Position numbers and translations under genes: made by a program. Of a DNA stretch of 64,000 nt, positions 1 through 13,798 are shown in pieces. Within the stretch, counting starts at the first letter, position 1. Every line of letters begins with the position of its first letter. The notes below the pieces were generated by a model, which searched no databases, was not told where the DNA came from, and saw only the letters and a list, made by a program, of their open reading frames with translations. This DNA comes from Leptogorgia sarmentosa (lineage: Eukaryota), in contig OZ210885.1 of assembly GCA_964658305.1 (NCBI GenBank), positions 3,844,001 through 3,908,000 of the forward strand, read 5' to 3'.

Positions 1-1537
1 GGCTAACATACTGGCTCTTTTGAACAAAATGAATGCCAAAATTGATGGGTTGGAGAAAATAGTTCAGAGTCCATGCCATGCGCTCGGTAAGTCACTGTTG
101 GTAACATTTGAATTTTGTGCGATTTCACTCGATGTAGAAAAATTAGATTTTGCACCATTATTGGAAATTATAACATCCCACGTTAGTTTGTTTGCTGCAA
201 AAGATCCGATCCCGACGAATTCTCCTCAAGTTTTCATGTCCATCAAAAGTACATGCTATTCAATATTAATCCAGCCTATATTTTTTGGAAGAATTTGTGA
301 AAACCAATTTCCCGCTATTTCTGTAGACTAAGTGCGCGTTCGGGCTTTACATTCAATTTGACCACAGTGATTCTCTTATAAGCTTGCCTTTTTATTACAG
401 GAAAGGATTGCGCTGATCTTTATAAGAAAGGTCACACAACAAATGGTGTTTATTCCATTGATCCAGACGGCAAAGGCGCATTCAGAGTAAGATGTGATAT
501 GACGACATCAGGAGGGGGTTGGACGATCATTCAAAGACGTGTTGATGGTAGTGTAGATTTCTACCGCAACTGGAAAGATTACAAAAATGGTTTTGGTGAT
601 GCAACAGGCGAATATTGGCTTGGTCTGGACAAAATCAACCGATTAACAAATGCCGGTACAAAAGTAATTCGATTTGACCTTTGGGACACAACAGGAGTGA
701 CAAAATACGCTGAATACAACTTCTTTGCCATCGCTTCAGAAAATGTCAAATACAAATTGAGTTTGGGCACATATTCAGGTATAAATATACTTAAATTTAC
801 CTATTAAACAAATAAATTCAGTAATTTGATCTACCCAATTAAGGCCGTAATTAACAAGTGCGTTAATTGAGGGAGGGGGGAGTGTATATTTATATCCGCG
901 TTCTGCTCAACGGATTTCTTCCTAAATCATATGGTTTTGAATTGAAATCCGTTGAACTGATCATGAATATACGAATATACCCCCCCCCCCCTCCCCCTCC
1001 AATAAACGCTCTAGTTGCGGCCCTGGATCTACAAAGACAGTTGTGCTTTACAATATACGTCGCTGATGAAACAATATGAGAAATTTTGGTGATTAGAGAT
1101 ATAGAAGTTGCAAGACGTCTAATGCCGAGGTTATTTTTATATTTCGGGAGGGAAGGTGTCAATGAGATCATGATATAGCTGAAGGTCATGCGTAGCTTGC
1201 GTTTTGTGTGAAATATAGCTAGTTACCGTGGGAGATCAGTTCAGAAGATTCTCAAAATCTTTTTAAACTTGTAGGAACGGCTGGCGACTCTTTTGGAGCC
1301 CAACGTGGCATGGCCTTCAGCACTCGTGACGTAGATAACGATACTTATGGACCAAGTTGTGCTGTGACCTTCAAAGGAGCCTGGTGGTATGCCGCTTGCC
1401 ACAAATCAAATTTGAATGGCTTTTATTACCTTGGCACGCACACGTCGTACGCTGATGGCGTGAACTGGCAGGCGTGGAAGGGATACAAATATTCATTGAG
1501 GAAAACTGAAATGAAACTCAGACCAACTGGATTCTAA
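1..1537 (+). CDS. G1: fibrinogen-related (FReD) protein, coiled-coil type, 5'-partial
   Basis: Exons <1..86 (ANILALLNKMNAKIDGLEKIVQSPCHAL, donor GTAAGT), 401..778 (KDC...[17 protein letters not shown]...GEYWLGLD) and 1275..1537 (FSTRDVDND...C...GAWWY..CH.SNLNG). Phases are compatible. AATAAA at 1672..1677. Confidence 0.9.
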
Positions 1538-3350
1538 CACGCATGGGAAATTTTGATCTTCACGAACTATTATTAGTAATGAAAGTATTACAGTGATTTA
1601 GTCTTCTTTGTTATAAAATTGCAAGTTGAAATGTGTAACTTGTAACTGGTGTCTTTTTTGAAATGTAGTTCAATAAATCTTTGTTCAAACACTCAATAAT
1701 TCGTATCCAGTTTTTTGTCCATAATATCCAGGTTATGAGGCTTTTTCGATAATGGTAGCCAAAAGGCCAAATTTTATTGAAGAATTTGACACATCCTTCA
1801 AGCCGTATGGATTACTATTATTGAACTATTTAACTATTGTTTTGAGAGAGATTTTTGAGGACCGCACCATTTTAATCTTGACATTGAGGTTGAACGAGCA
1901 AAGGCTATAAAAAATCGCGAAAATCTTATCCACCTGTCGAAACGTATAATCTACAAAGCCATCGTCAAACGAGGTGCAAGTAATCGCAAGTTTTAACTTC
2001 TGGGCCATGGAAACGAGCGGAGCGAATGATCTGAAGTTGGATAAGCGAGGACGATGGAGTCAAATTGTTTGTATCATGAGCTGTTCGTTGATTTTGTTGA
2101 TTTACTTGATTAGAAGATATTTTGCTTTCTATATTGGTGATTTCACAATGAAGCCTTTATAAACATTCAAACAAACTTTATTATCGCATTGACTGTGGAA
2201 CAAATTCGAATTAATTTTGAACATAATTCGGGCTAAAATCTGAGGAATAAGGTAATGTCAACAATCCTCCAGTCGTTCACCTGAACGAGCGTGCCAAGAA
2301 AGTGGAGTTAGGACTCTGAAATCGCCGTTTGCGGCAATCCAGAGGTTGTAAAAGTTCAAAAATTTCTCGCTCGGCGCCAACCATGGTGCACAGCCTCCTG
2401 ACATTCGCTACCCTCAAATTCGGGCAAAGATCTTTCTGTCCCCCTGAAAAAATGTAGCCCGTACGCTTATGCTATTACGTTTACGCACTTTTTGACTCAT
2501 TGTTGAGTTAAAGCTTTCAAATCCGAATATGTGGCACTAGCGCTTGAGTTCAAAGGGTAGCGATTATTGGGACACACTCAATGTATTTATTACAAATATA
2601 TACCTAAAAACTTGTATTATAATCGAGAAGTCAAGAATTTACAAGGCTACCGCAGTTAATGACTCTGAGGCCCGTCCGCACGTATCCGGATATCTTTGAA
2701 AACGGAGGTTTTTTCTCCGTTTTAGCGTTGCGTCGACACGTGAACGGCGTTTTTGGCAACCGAAAACGGAGGTTTTCAAAAACGATGGCGTTGTGATTGG
2801 TGAAAGTCTATGGCATCGTTTCGAAAATCTCATATTACTAAGCTGTATGCTGGCGGCTTTTTCCAAGCAAAATTTACTTTACTTTTTAATAGGTTTGCGT
2901 TGCAGTATGTCCCATCTAACAATATTAATAATGATTTCAGTTTGCGGGTTCAAGTGGTTGTTTAAACAACACTTTTCATCGAAGTATTTTTTCCTCAAAT
3001 TGTTAAAAGTTGTTTTAAAATGAGAAATGAAGCATATTTACTGTTACCATTTCACAACCATTTACTCACGGTTTACTTGGACATGTATTCGGCTGAAGAT
3101 TAACTGAGAAGTTTAATAACGGCTTGTGAGTTGTTGTGTTCAAGTTAACATGGTGTTTACACATGGTGTTTACACGTGGTGTTTACACGTACAGCTAAAT
3201 TACTTTTCAAATGCGGTGCAAGTTAACGACACGCAGCCCGTTTCGAGCACCTGCGTGTATGCAGGGATTATTTATTGCTTTTTAGATTCACCTGTGAGTC
3301 ATCGCGTCCTCAGTTACATGCTGTTGCTCTACAAAGAATATACGTTAAAA

Positions 3351-6300
3351 ATGTTCATTTTAATTTTACTTCTGCCAATGATTGGAGGCATGAATGCGAA
3401 TAACTGCTCTCCTCGATATTACGAAATCATCAGAACAGGTTAGTATACTGTATTTCCTCCTTGTGTCACAGACGGTACATATAGTTGCTACTGTTTGCCA
3501 AATTGACCTAAAATAGTTTTAAAAACTAAGTACTTTTTAAAAACAGCGCTCGAAAAATTGGTTTATTGGACTGAATTTATAGGTTTAGAATTTCCATTCC
3601 CCTTGCTCAGAGCCTCAGTCGTAAATTTTGATCGTTCTCCTATTTCACAGAGGGCACATCATTACCTCCGAACGAAATTATATCCAGTCATAAACTTGGA
3701 ATAATCGCTGCTGAGATAAGATGTTATTCTCTGTGTCAAGAAGAGTCGAGATGTGTGGGATTTAACTACAGGACTACAGCAACGAACGATGAAAACTGCC
3801 AACTGACTAACGTCACAAGAAAGAGAAACACAACAAAGAAAGGTGACTGGACATTGCGACGTGACCTGGAAGTGGTATGTTTTCTTTTCTTATTTTCACT
3901 CAGTTTGCTTAAATCTTGCAAGCGAAAACATCGATTTTTAGCAATTACAGTTTTGGAGCAATTTCCTGCGTGTATTGGAATTAGATAAGCAGCGTACGAT
4001 TTCTGTATTCCTTGGTTTTATTTTAACGTTCAGTCGTTCATTGTATATCTCTCATTTTTTGGCCTCGAGAGGAAAATTCAGCAACATGCACGTCTGGGGG
4101 ATGCAAACAAACGCTTTGTTTACATTTTGAACTGCGAAATTTTAAAAAATATGATACTAATTGAAAATTTTAACGCTGATTTGTGCTCGTTAATAATAAA
4201 TTATAAAGCAGAGTTTCTGAATTACAAAAATTGCAACAAATGCGGAATTTCGACAAGTTTTATATCTATTCGATCGAGGAGCGAACTTGTTATGAACACA
4301 ACCGATAGACAGAACGGACTTGACTCCCACTTTACTTTAATTCATGCAGAATAAACATTTTCCGTTAATTTCAAATGCCAATAACCACAAACGATATACA
4401 AAATATTAATATCTAGCCTACATTAGTGTTGAACAGAGAGTCGTAATAAACTATTTGTTCGAAACACAAAAGCGGACCATTATAAATCGTCCATTATATT
4501 GTTAACACTTCTAAATTTAGCCTATAATAATAAATGTTTTGTGCGTGGTGTTTTATAGTCATTGTGATAGCGCGGTCAAACGTTTGTGCATGCGCGAGTT
4601 GTCGTATGTCTGGCGTGTTAACAACAAGGCTGAGCTAAATTGTACGTCTGGCCGCTTTCATGAAGCTCTAAAAAGAAAGGTAAACGAAATTACGAGGGGG
4701 TAAACTAAAAAAAACGTTCTTTTAACACAAGGAAGGTACCCAGAAATGCCCTACCTTGTATTTCCAGGCGTTGTCTTATATTTTGTTTTCTTTGCAGCCC
4801 GCTCTCCTGTGCATACAATTTGCCTTTATTTTTCCCGCGCTTTTATAAAACTTTGTGCATGCAAACGTTTGACCGCGTTGTTAGTCATCGCTAGAAATTG
4901 CGGACATTAGAAGGTTCTCGCCCCAGGCTCCCGATCCACTCAGATATTCAGATTTTATAAGAAATGTATAAAGTCATCCATTTATTACATGAAATATCTT
5001 TTAACAACTGTAAATAAATTAAATATGCATGTTGTTGAAACAAAACTCCTTGAAGTATTCAAGTGAAAAACAAGGAAAATTATAGCCTATGATAAAACGC
5101 AATTATTAATTTACCGAAAAGACAATAATCCATCTTTTAAACAGTTCTATTGTGACTAATAATCGGTGAGGTTAAAAATGTGCAATGATATATAAAAAAT
5201 ATGTATATGAGATTAGCCGAAAAGAAGTGCAGAAAATCGCGGAATCTTTATTACATACAAAAATAAGGTTCATATATCGCAGTTTCACAATCGTTTTGTA
5301 GGAGAAAAAACTGCCAAAAATCTATCATTTGAAGGCTCTCTTCCATTTTGCTTACATTTAAATCCCACATTTTAAAATGTTTTGAAATGTTTTGAAACAA
5401 AACCTCACGACTAAAATTTTGATGCTCTTTCTAGCTTTGCCAATGATTTTTTTGAGGCATGCAACACAAACTGCGTTTCAGTATACAATTTGGGGTGAGG
5501 TTCTCTACGAGATTCAAGAGTTACAGCAGTTTCAAGTGATTCGCAACCACCTGACGCGAAATGTTGGACAGCAGTTGTTATTTTTGATATTTCGGTGCGG
5601 TCACTAAATCGACAATAGGATCTAGTTTTCGTTTGGGGGGAAATCGGATTGTTTGTGTTACTCACCTGCATATTATATGAACTTTTTAATTTGTTGCTCT
5701 CAATTCGCATTTGGCCGCTTTCTGGTCATAAAGTTATTAAATTGGCTACAGCAATTGCTGTCAAACGTTTCTATTAGGTGGTCGCAAATCACTCAAAACT
5801 ACGGTAACGTTGTTTTAAGTTCTTCCAATCCAACAGAAATATGTTTATAACCATATAAAAACAAAGGACAGTTACTTTATTTGTCTAATTTGATATAAAC
5901 TGATAATAAATTTTAATTAATTTTTTGTAGGCCAAAAAAGAAGAAAGAAAGGGAAAAAATGCGAGTGAAAATGCAGGTATACAAGGAACAAACACAAGTT
6001 ATGCCAGCAGTAAGAAAGACAATGGAATTAAGACATCGTCGATCACACCTAGCAACAACATAAAAACTAGCATGACGTCATTTGTTGAAAGTGTGTCCAG
6101 TACCGTAATGACATCATCCATCATGACATCAGCTGTTGCACCATCAACGCAATTACTCGGTTCAGGTATATTTAAGCGATATTTTTTTCATTTTCTTATA
6201 TCAATTTATATTCTTTACGATATTCTTTTGAAAGGTATTCGAAGTTTTAATAGAATCCATTTTTCTATTACTCACACACTTTCCTATTTTAATAAATAAA

Positions 6301-8064
6301 ATTTCATTGAATTTTAAAGTTTTTTTGTGATTGTTTTCCTATAGGGTAATAAAAATTGCGAATTGCCCGTGGGCAATATATACGGGAAAGTCCTGTCCCA
6401 TCAGCAACCAATCAGATGCGCCATTCGCCAAAACAAATGCTAGCCAAATAATATTTCTTATATAATTGCACTACATGACGCAAATTTTACAATAATATTT
6501 GTCGTATTATAGCGCAACTTCATATATGATAGTAAATCAAATGGAACATTTCACCCCTATATGCTGCAGCCAATCAAATTAAAGTCTCCTTTTTACTACA
6601 GGAAAGGATTGCCCTGATCTTTATAACAACGGTTACACAACAAATGGTGTTTATGCCATTGATCCAGACGGCAAAGGCGCATTTAGAGTAAGATGTGATA
6701 TGACGACATCGGGAGGGGGTTGGACGATCATTCAAAGACGTGTTGATGGTAGTGTAGATTTCTACCGCAACTGGACAGATTATAAAAATGGTTTTGGTTA
6801 TCCAACAGGCGAATATTGGCTTGGTCTGGACAAAATCAAGCGACTAACAAATGCCGGTACAAAAGTTATTCGGTTTGACCTTTGGGACACAACAGGAAAC
6901 ACAGCGTATGCTGAATACAACTTCTTTGCCATCGCCGCAGAAAATATCGATTACAAATTGAGTTTGGGAAATTCATATTCAGGTATATATGGCGACAATA
7001 CATTTTGAAGTAGTATACAATAACTAAAATTCATATAATTAAAGTGCGGAATAGAATACCAAAAGTACCGACGTTTATACGCTTTCCACTTTTGCCGCGA
7101 CTTTAAGTGCGATTTTTTTCTTTTGGTGGGTGTAAACGAGTAATCTCGTTACAATTTGTAACTTACAAATGTCCTGATAAAAAAACATACATCCAAACAG
7201 GGGCAAAACTACCTCCTCTTTGAGGGAAAGGTGTTGGGTAAGAGTTATCCTGCTAAAAATAATAGCGAACTTATGCAGCGAACAACGTCTTCAGGCGAAA
7301 AACCGAATCAATTAGCAAAATAACTTCAGCTGACGCGGCAACGCGACACAATACGGGGTGTGCAAAATACCTGCAAATGCATAACACAAAGTTGAACCAA
7401 CGGGTGCATGAATTATCGAAAAAATATTCGTCTTTAGAATTTATGAAGCTTCTTTAAATTCCTGAGGGCAAAAAAATCAATCGAGTGCTTCACAAAGAAT
7501 TAATTAACTTCTTTAAGTCAATCAAGTGAACACTTAATATAAGCACCCTGTCAATATCTTGCACTCCTTGCATCAAGCTCAGAGCCAGGTCATTGAAATT
7601 ATGACAATAGATCACTTTCAATACTTTGCGGGTTTTTTTACATCCTTGTAGCAAAGTCCCATATGATAAAAAAATATTAGATCAGTGTGCACTCGTTTAT
7701 GAGAGAATATAAAAAAGCGGTTTTGCCCGTGTACATTAGATAACGTCGGGTGCTCCGTTTTTTACTATACTTTAGTTACAAGCTTCTTTTTCAATTTCTA
7801 GGAACTGCTGGTGATTCTTTTGGAAATCATCGTGGCAAGGCCTTCAGCACTCGTGATGTTGATAACGATGACTCGGCCCAAAATTGTGCAGTGACCCACA
7901 AAGGAGCCTGGTGGTATGCCTCTTGTCACGAGTCAAATTTGAATGGCTTTTATTACCTTGGCTCGCACACGTCGTACGCTGATGGCGTGAACTGGGAGGC
8001 GTGGAAGGGACTCCGTTATTCCTTAAAGAAAACCGAAATGAAACTCAGAGAATCTACATTCTAG
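3351..8064 (+). CDS. G2: signal peptide + PAN/apple (type A) + Ser/Thr linker + FReD, about 396 aa
   Basis: Exons 3351..3438 (MFILILLLPMIGG), 3651..3874 (RCYSLCQEESRCVGFNY...NCQL, PAN Cys pattern), 5931..6165 (S/T-rich), 6602..6982 and 7802..8064. All introns GT-AG; total 1191 nt in frame. Confidence 0.85.
4569..4879. mobile_element. MITE-like element with terminal inverted repeats
   Basis: GCGCGGTCAAACGTTTG near 4570 pairs with CAAACGTTTGACCGCGT near 4862-4878. TSD not clear. Confidence 0.5.
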
Positions 8065-9550
8065 CATGTAAAATTTTGACTTAATGAATTATTACTACTG
8101 TGGAATTACTCATTTTCATATTCACTTTATTGTTTTATCGTAATTACGTAGCTATTTTAGAACCAGAGGCGTGGTATAGTTATTGGTTCATTTGCTTCTC
8201 GCTTTCTTCAGGCTCACACTTGAAATTTTCTCTCAAATTGGCCGAGGAAAAAGTTTGAGTGGGAGATTAGAACGTCCTGCCGACAATCATGAAATGCGGA
8301 GACCGAAGGCAGGTTAAGAGCTAGGCACGCGTCTCTTAAAAAGGCAACATGATCTTCTGATCATAATTCACTAAATGTAAATTGTTAACACACAACGTCC
8401 AAATTTTCTCCGCTCATACATTTGCAATGCAGGATAAATGAATAAAGCTATGCATGATTTGTCATAGTTATAGTAATAAAGTGTAATAGTAAAGTAATAG
8501 CCGTAAAGCAGAAACTTCAATTTTGTGGTTTTAATTTTAATTTATTCAAAGAGATATGGTAATAAAAATTTACTTTGTCTGATTGATCTGAAAGAGCTTT
8601 TTTATTGTATGAGACACTACTTCATACATTTGAACATTTAGGGTCTCTGGATCGCCGGAAATCCCCATTTCAGAGTCTTAACTCTAGAAACGCAGTATTT
8701 TTTTTTCGGGGGGAGGGGGGCTCCCCCTAATTGAACATGGGTGGGGGCGTGCCTCCCGGTTCCTACATCTCTGCCTGGAAATGTTTGATTCCATATTTCT
8801 ACACTTCAACCCAAATAATAAAGATTTTGTTGGCTGTCCGCCTCTTGGATTGTTACGTCCACTGAGCTGTAAAATAACTGGAGGAATCATCTGGCATCAA
8901 TGAACTCAAAAAGACTGGAACGCTACCTGCAAGGATCCTGCCCCGGCTGCCCGATCTTGAGTGAAGCCAAGATGGCGGCGATTTGTAGGTATAACAATTT
9001 CATATAAAAATTTGAATTCTCAGCTCCATTAATTGAATACGTGCTCTATTCTATGTTATTATTGTCTAAAAAGGTCTGTTAACTGAGTCTTAAGACGGGA
9101 CTTTGTTTACATTCACAATTGCCACCATATTACCTACAACATTTCCGCGCGGGGCCTGGGTCATATCCACAAGAGGGCTTCAATTTCCGCCATGTTGACA
9201 TACATAACGAATTGACAAATTAAAAGAGTTCCTGTGGTTCAGGTCATCACTTGGAATAATTAAATTTGTCTGAATAGTTTTTCAAAAAATAGTGTATTGT
9301 TCTGTTTTGCCTGTAAATAACTAATGAGGTCACGCTAAGATGGCCACCATGCGACTCATTATCATTTTTTTGAAACATTCTAGAAACCACTAGAAAAGTT
9401 GGAATGAATTTTGTTTATAATCTGGCCATGTTGCGATGCAATTTTGCGGAAATTGGGATTCATCCTACGCAGTTCTGCTATACAGCAGCTGGCTGAGGAA
9501 ATATTGCATGAATGATAAAATGTAGTTATGAAATAGTAACCATTCATTTG

Positions 9551-12215
9551 GAAACAGAAACCTTACTTCTTTCTCTCATGTTATTTTCCAATCTCATTGT
9601 GATATATTAAATTTTATTACTGTTATTTTTTTAATCGTAAGATTGTGCTTAACGATGATGTGTAAATCACTAGTCTAATTGGAGGGGGTGTATGTGGCAG
9701 TTTACATAAAGGTTAATTTCTCCATTCCTGAGCGTTTTTGTAAGAATTGTATTGGTGAGAACCAGCAAGATAAGGAAAAATATGTCACTTATATACACCA
9801 AGTTCGAGGTATATGATTTCACTTATATCATGATTCAGGGAGTTTTCGTACAAAATTCTATAATGTTTTGTATAATTTTATTCATGTGATTCTAATCACG
9901 TCTTATGGATCAAATTGTTTAAATATTTATTTACGGTATGTAAAGAAAGGAAAAAGCTTATATAAATATTTATTTCGAGGGAGCATATATACAAAGTAAA
10001 CCAACTCAATTATGATATCACTACTGTTAGAGACCCGTCAATCATATCGATTGAAGAAATCAGTACAGGAAGAACAGAACTGAGTCTTTATGTTTGAATG
10101 AAGAGTAGAGTTTTGCTGTACACTATAAAATACCAAGCATTTTCTTTAGTTATTCATTTCTTTGCTAGAATTTCATCAATTATTGTTGTCGTTGACAATG
10201 AAACTCTATCAACAAATTAGAATCCTAGTGCCTAGTAAATTCTAGTGCCTAGACACATGTCTCAAAAGATGTCGATTGAAAATGTAATATTTAAGTTGTC
10301 GTCAAAAAAGGGAAATTACTTCAAAATCTTACTTCACAATTCACGAGGCCAAATTAAAGATTCCTTTATCTAAATATGTATTAAATTTCACCTAAATGTT
10401 TATTTAAAAGAGACTCGATCGTGATCTTGTGGAGACCGCGTTGCCGTACGTATCCACAGAGCTGGTTATCATCATTAATCACATTGACTAAATAAATATT
10501 GAGAGATGAAGAGGAGTTTTCATGCTTGAATGAAGAGGCGTTTTATGCTGCACATTCATGAGATGGATCGGCATCCGGCCAGGATAGACAGCCAACCTAC
10601 GCAAAGGGAATTCGAATTTTTTAGTTAATATTCATTTCCTTTCTGGAATATTATCAATTGTTGTCGTCAACAAAATATTATCGGCAACTAAGAAGTAAGA
10701 ATCCTAGTGTATCAGTGTATGTATCACAGAACTTGTCGATTAAAAATGTGAAATCAGTTCAGGTTTTAGAAACTCATCTTTTACTCGTAGCCGTCTCGGT
10801 AGCCGTAGGCTTATTGTATTATTATATAGTTGACAAAGTCTTTCAGTGTGGCTAAAACGTTTCGACAACTTTACACTTGTTACCAGACCAGTGGTTCTCT
10901 GCAAGACAGTCGCTTAACTCTCAGCTATATCAGGCTGTCTTTTCTATTTTTGTTTTTAAATGATATCTTAATTCTATTGGCAAATCTAAAATGAAGATTA
11001 TTGAACAGCTAATGACAGTACAGTTGTCAAAATAGTGACAATTTACCCCGATATACATACATGTAGCAGATATCATTTTTAATGACATAGATTATCATAC
11101 ACGACACGATCAACCAACATAATTGAGATCGGAAACTCTATCCATTAAAGAAAAATTTAAAAATTGTACAAAGCTGCGAGAGACCATCTTGTCGAAACCC
11201 GATTTGGAAACTTATCGGATTGTTACTGATTCGCCGATAGTATTTTGTTGTCTGCCCCAAGCTCAGAAAATCAAAGCTAAAGTTTATGTAAATTAAGGTG
11301 AATCTTCATCACATATATGAACATATTGTTTGTAGCATTCCCTGCATCTTGAGCCTTCCCTATTGTAAATATAAGGAGTTGTAAAGAAGCGTGCAAAATG
11401 GAGTCTCCTTAAAAGGCGTTATTATATCCTGCCCACCTCAACAGAATGGAAATCAGTTTCAACTATACAACAGGCTGAGACACTCTCAGACCCCTTCCCG
11501 CAGTGTTTTAGGGGTGGTCAGGATTGACGTATTCGCCCACATTTACTGAGCTAATATTGGGATAATTATTAATGCGGGTATGTAATAACCTCCACTCATT
11601 TGGCAACAGAAACCTTAGTTTGCGTTTAGTAAAACCAGTGAATCTAACTGCTTTTTTCAAAGTTGCTTTATTTCAAAGTTGTTCTCAGAGAATCAGAACC
11701 AAAGAGTTGCGCAATCAAAGCCGATAAAACCCGGCTAGGGGATGTATGTGGTAGTTGAGACAAAACTAAATTATTCGATTCCTGAGCCGGAATTTTGTTA
11801 ATGGATTTTGTAAAGAGTTATATCTCCGAAACAAGGGTTATGAATGAAAAAATATCATTTTTATCAACCAAGTTCGAGGTGTATCACGATTCATGCAGGC
11901 GGTTTCCTTACAACATTCCATATATTTTTCGCAATTTTTAGTAATTAATTCTGACGTTTTGTGGACAAACTTCATCTAAATATTTATTTACGGTGTATAA
12001 AGAAAGGGTAAACTTTATTCAAATATTTATTAAACCTAATCTGAATATTTAGCTGCCGTACACAAAGATAACCAACTCAAATCGTGATTAACTATCGTTG
12101 CACAGTTCTCTTTATAATTATAATTAATTATCATTCATACCGATTGAATAAAATTTAGGGGATGAGGAGAAGTCTCCATCTTGGAAAGAAGAGAAGGACT
12201 TTCGCTGCACACCAT
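9551..12215. repeat. Diverged non-coding direct duplications
   Basis: About 9551-10130 resembles about 11601-12215 (shared CCAAGTTCGAGGT, AAATATTTATTTACGG, AACCAACTCAA). About 10030-10290 resembles about 10460-10750. Confidence 0.6.
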
Positions 12216-12238
12216 AAGACAACTACTAAGTGTCTCAC

Positions 12239-12653
12239 CAGGGCCGGATTTACCAATTTTGGGCCTATAGTATAGGCTGAGTGTGACATAAATTTTCAAG
12301 CATATGCCTATAAACCAGTATTTATAAATTAAATTAAGTAGAATATAACAAATTTCTGAGATTCAACATAGCTAGCACAGATGCACTGGGCCATTTAGAA
12401 AATGCATTTGAGAAACGAAGAATAGCATTACAGCTACAACGCCAACTGGTGCCGAAATTAAATCGCTTCAGTTAACTCCTGAAAGTGCCGGGAAATTTGG
12501 AAGGGAATAAAATCGGGAAAATAAAGTTTGGGAAAATTTTTGAAGAAGTGCTTTGTCCACTATTAATAGGCCCAAAAAATAGGCCCAAAAAATAGGCCCA
12601 AATTGTGGGCCTACAGACAATAGCCTGGCGAGCCTATTAGTAAATCGTCCCTG
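12239..12653. mobile_element. hAT-like MITE
   Basis: Ends CAGGGCCGGATTTAC / GTAAATCGTCCCTG; 8-bp flanks TGTCTCAC / TGTCTAAC; internal AATAGGCCCAAAA repeated about three times. Confidence 0.7.
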
Positions 12654-13091
12654 TGTCTAACCAGTACATGCACGAGATCTAAATAAAGCGATTTTACGTT
12701 TTGGGAGGCAATATCTCAAATATTTCTGCCACACATTGCGTAGAAGTGGATGTTTTGCTAGATTTTTTTGAATTAGACTTGTGCATGAACATGATATATC
12801 ATAAAAGCCGATTTTATTACGTGGGGATCACAACCAGAGACAGTTTCCAAAAATATTTCTGCTAATCAAAGTATATGAACAAATGATCAATAATACTAAA
12901 TAATGCAAGACAAATTTCCTTTAGAATAACATTTTGGAATGCGGAATCCAGATCTGTGGTCAAATTTAATGTTATCTCTAACAATGGAAAGTTCGAAAAT
13001 ATTTGACAATTGTGTATATTGGTTAAATAATTGGGCGCTACCGGGATTTGTGTCAACAACTTCATTCGTCATCATCCGGTTTGGCGACGAA

Positions 13092-13202
13092 TATATAAGT
13101 CCAGGATCCTGACCACAAGCACCAGAAAAACACTGAGACTTTTCAAAGATCAGTTGGAGAAATAATATTGGAGAAAATTTTGGAACAACTTTCGGGGGAT
13201 TG
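13092..13202 (+). promoter_or_regulatory. Candidate TATA box and non-coding first exon of G3
   Basis: TATATAAG at 13092, donor G|GTAAGA at 13202/13203, and acceptor TTTCTTTATAG ending 13792 just before the G3 ATG at 13799. Confidence 0.4.
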
Positions 13203-13798
13203 GTAAGATTTTTTTAGTAATTTGAACTGGTTTCAGTAATGGAAAACGAAGATGAAAATTAGTAGGTTAGGTTTTTATCGCAGAGCGACCAGAAAGTGCA
13301 GTATTCTGATAAGTTGTCTTCAAGCTTCCAGTGAGGCTTTAACCGAATTAACCATGAGAGAAACCACATCGAAAATTATATGAATCCATCTATTAACAAT
13401 TGGATAATCGACTGCGAGTTAAAGTTGATGGAGTCTTTTCAGATCGATCATTAGTATAAATGGTAGCGTTCTTCAAGGAACAGTGTGTCAGTGCCCATAT
13501 ACTATTCTGAATCAGGCTTCTAAGCGTCCCCATTTCTTTATGCTCTAAAACGAATTGGCCTTTATAATGCATCCCTGGACCTCCTTACAATTTATGCACA
13601 ATTTAGGCATATGCGCATCTGGTCTTGTAGCGACCGTTTTAAAAAAAAAGTGTGTTACGCATCTTTTAATAATTATAGCAAGTGTCAGTGTAATTTTTAG
13701 TATATACAGCTTAGATGTAAACGAGAAATTCAGCTTTGTATCTGCGAATCGGTTTTGTATAGAAAAAATTCAATACATGCATTTCTTTATAGACAAAG

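Noticed and set aside
579..770. Repeated minus-strand ORFs MPKLNLY... (also 15639, 24078, 33345, 44622, 51954, 59094)
   Set aside because: They are antisense shadows of FReD exon A, and recur only because that exon is conserved.
867..1189. Poly-Pro and poly-Gly ORFs from C/G runs (also near 17220, 18290, 23210)
   Set aside because: These are homopolymer tracts within small repeats, not genes.
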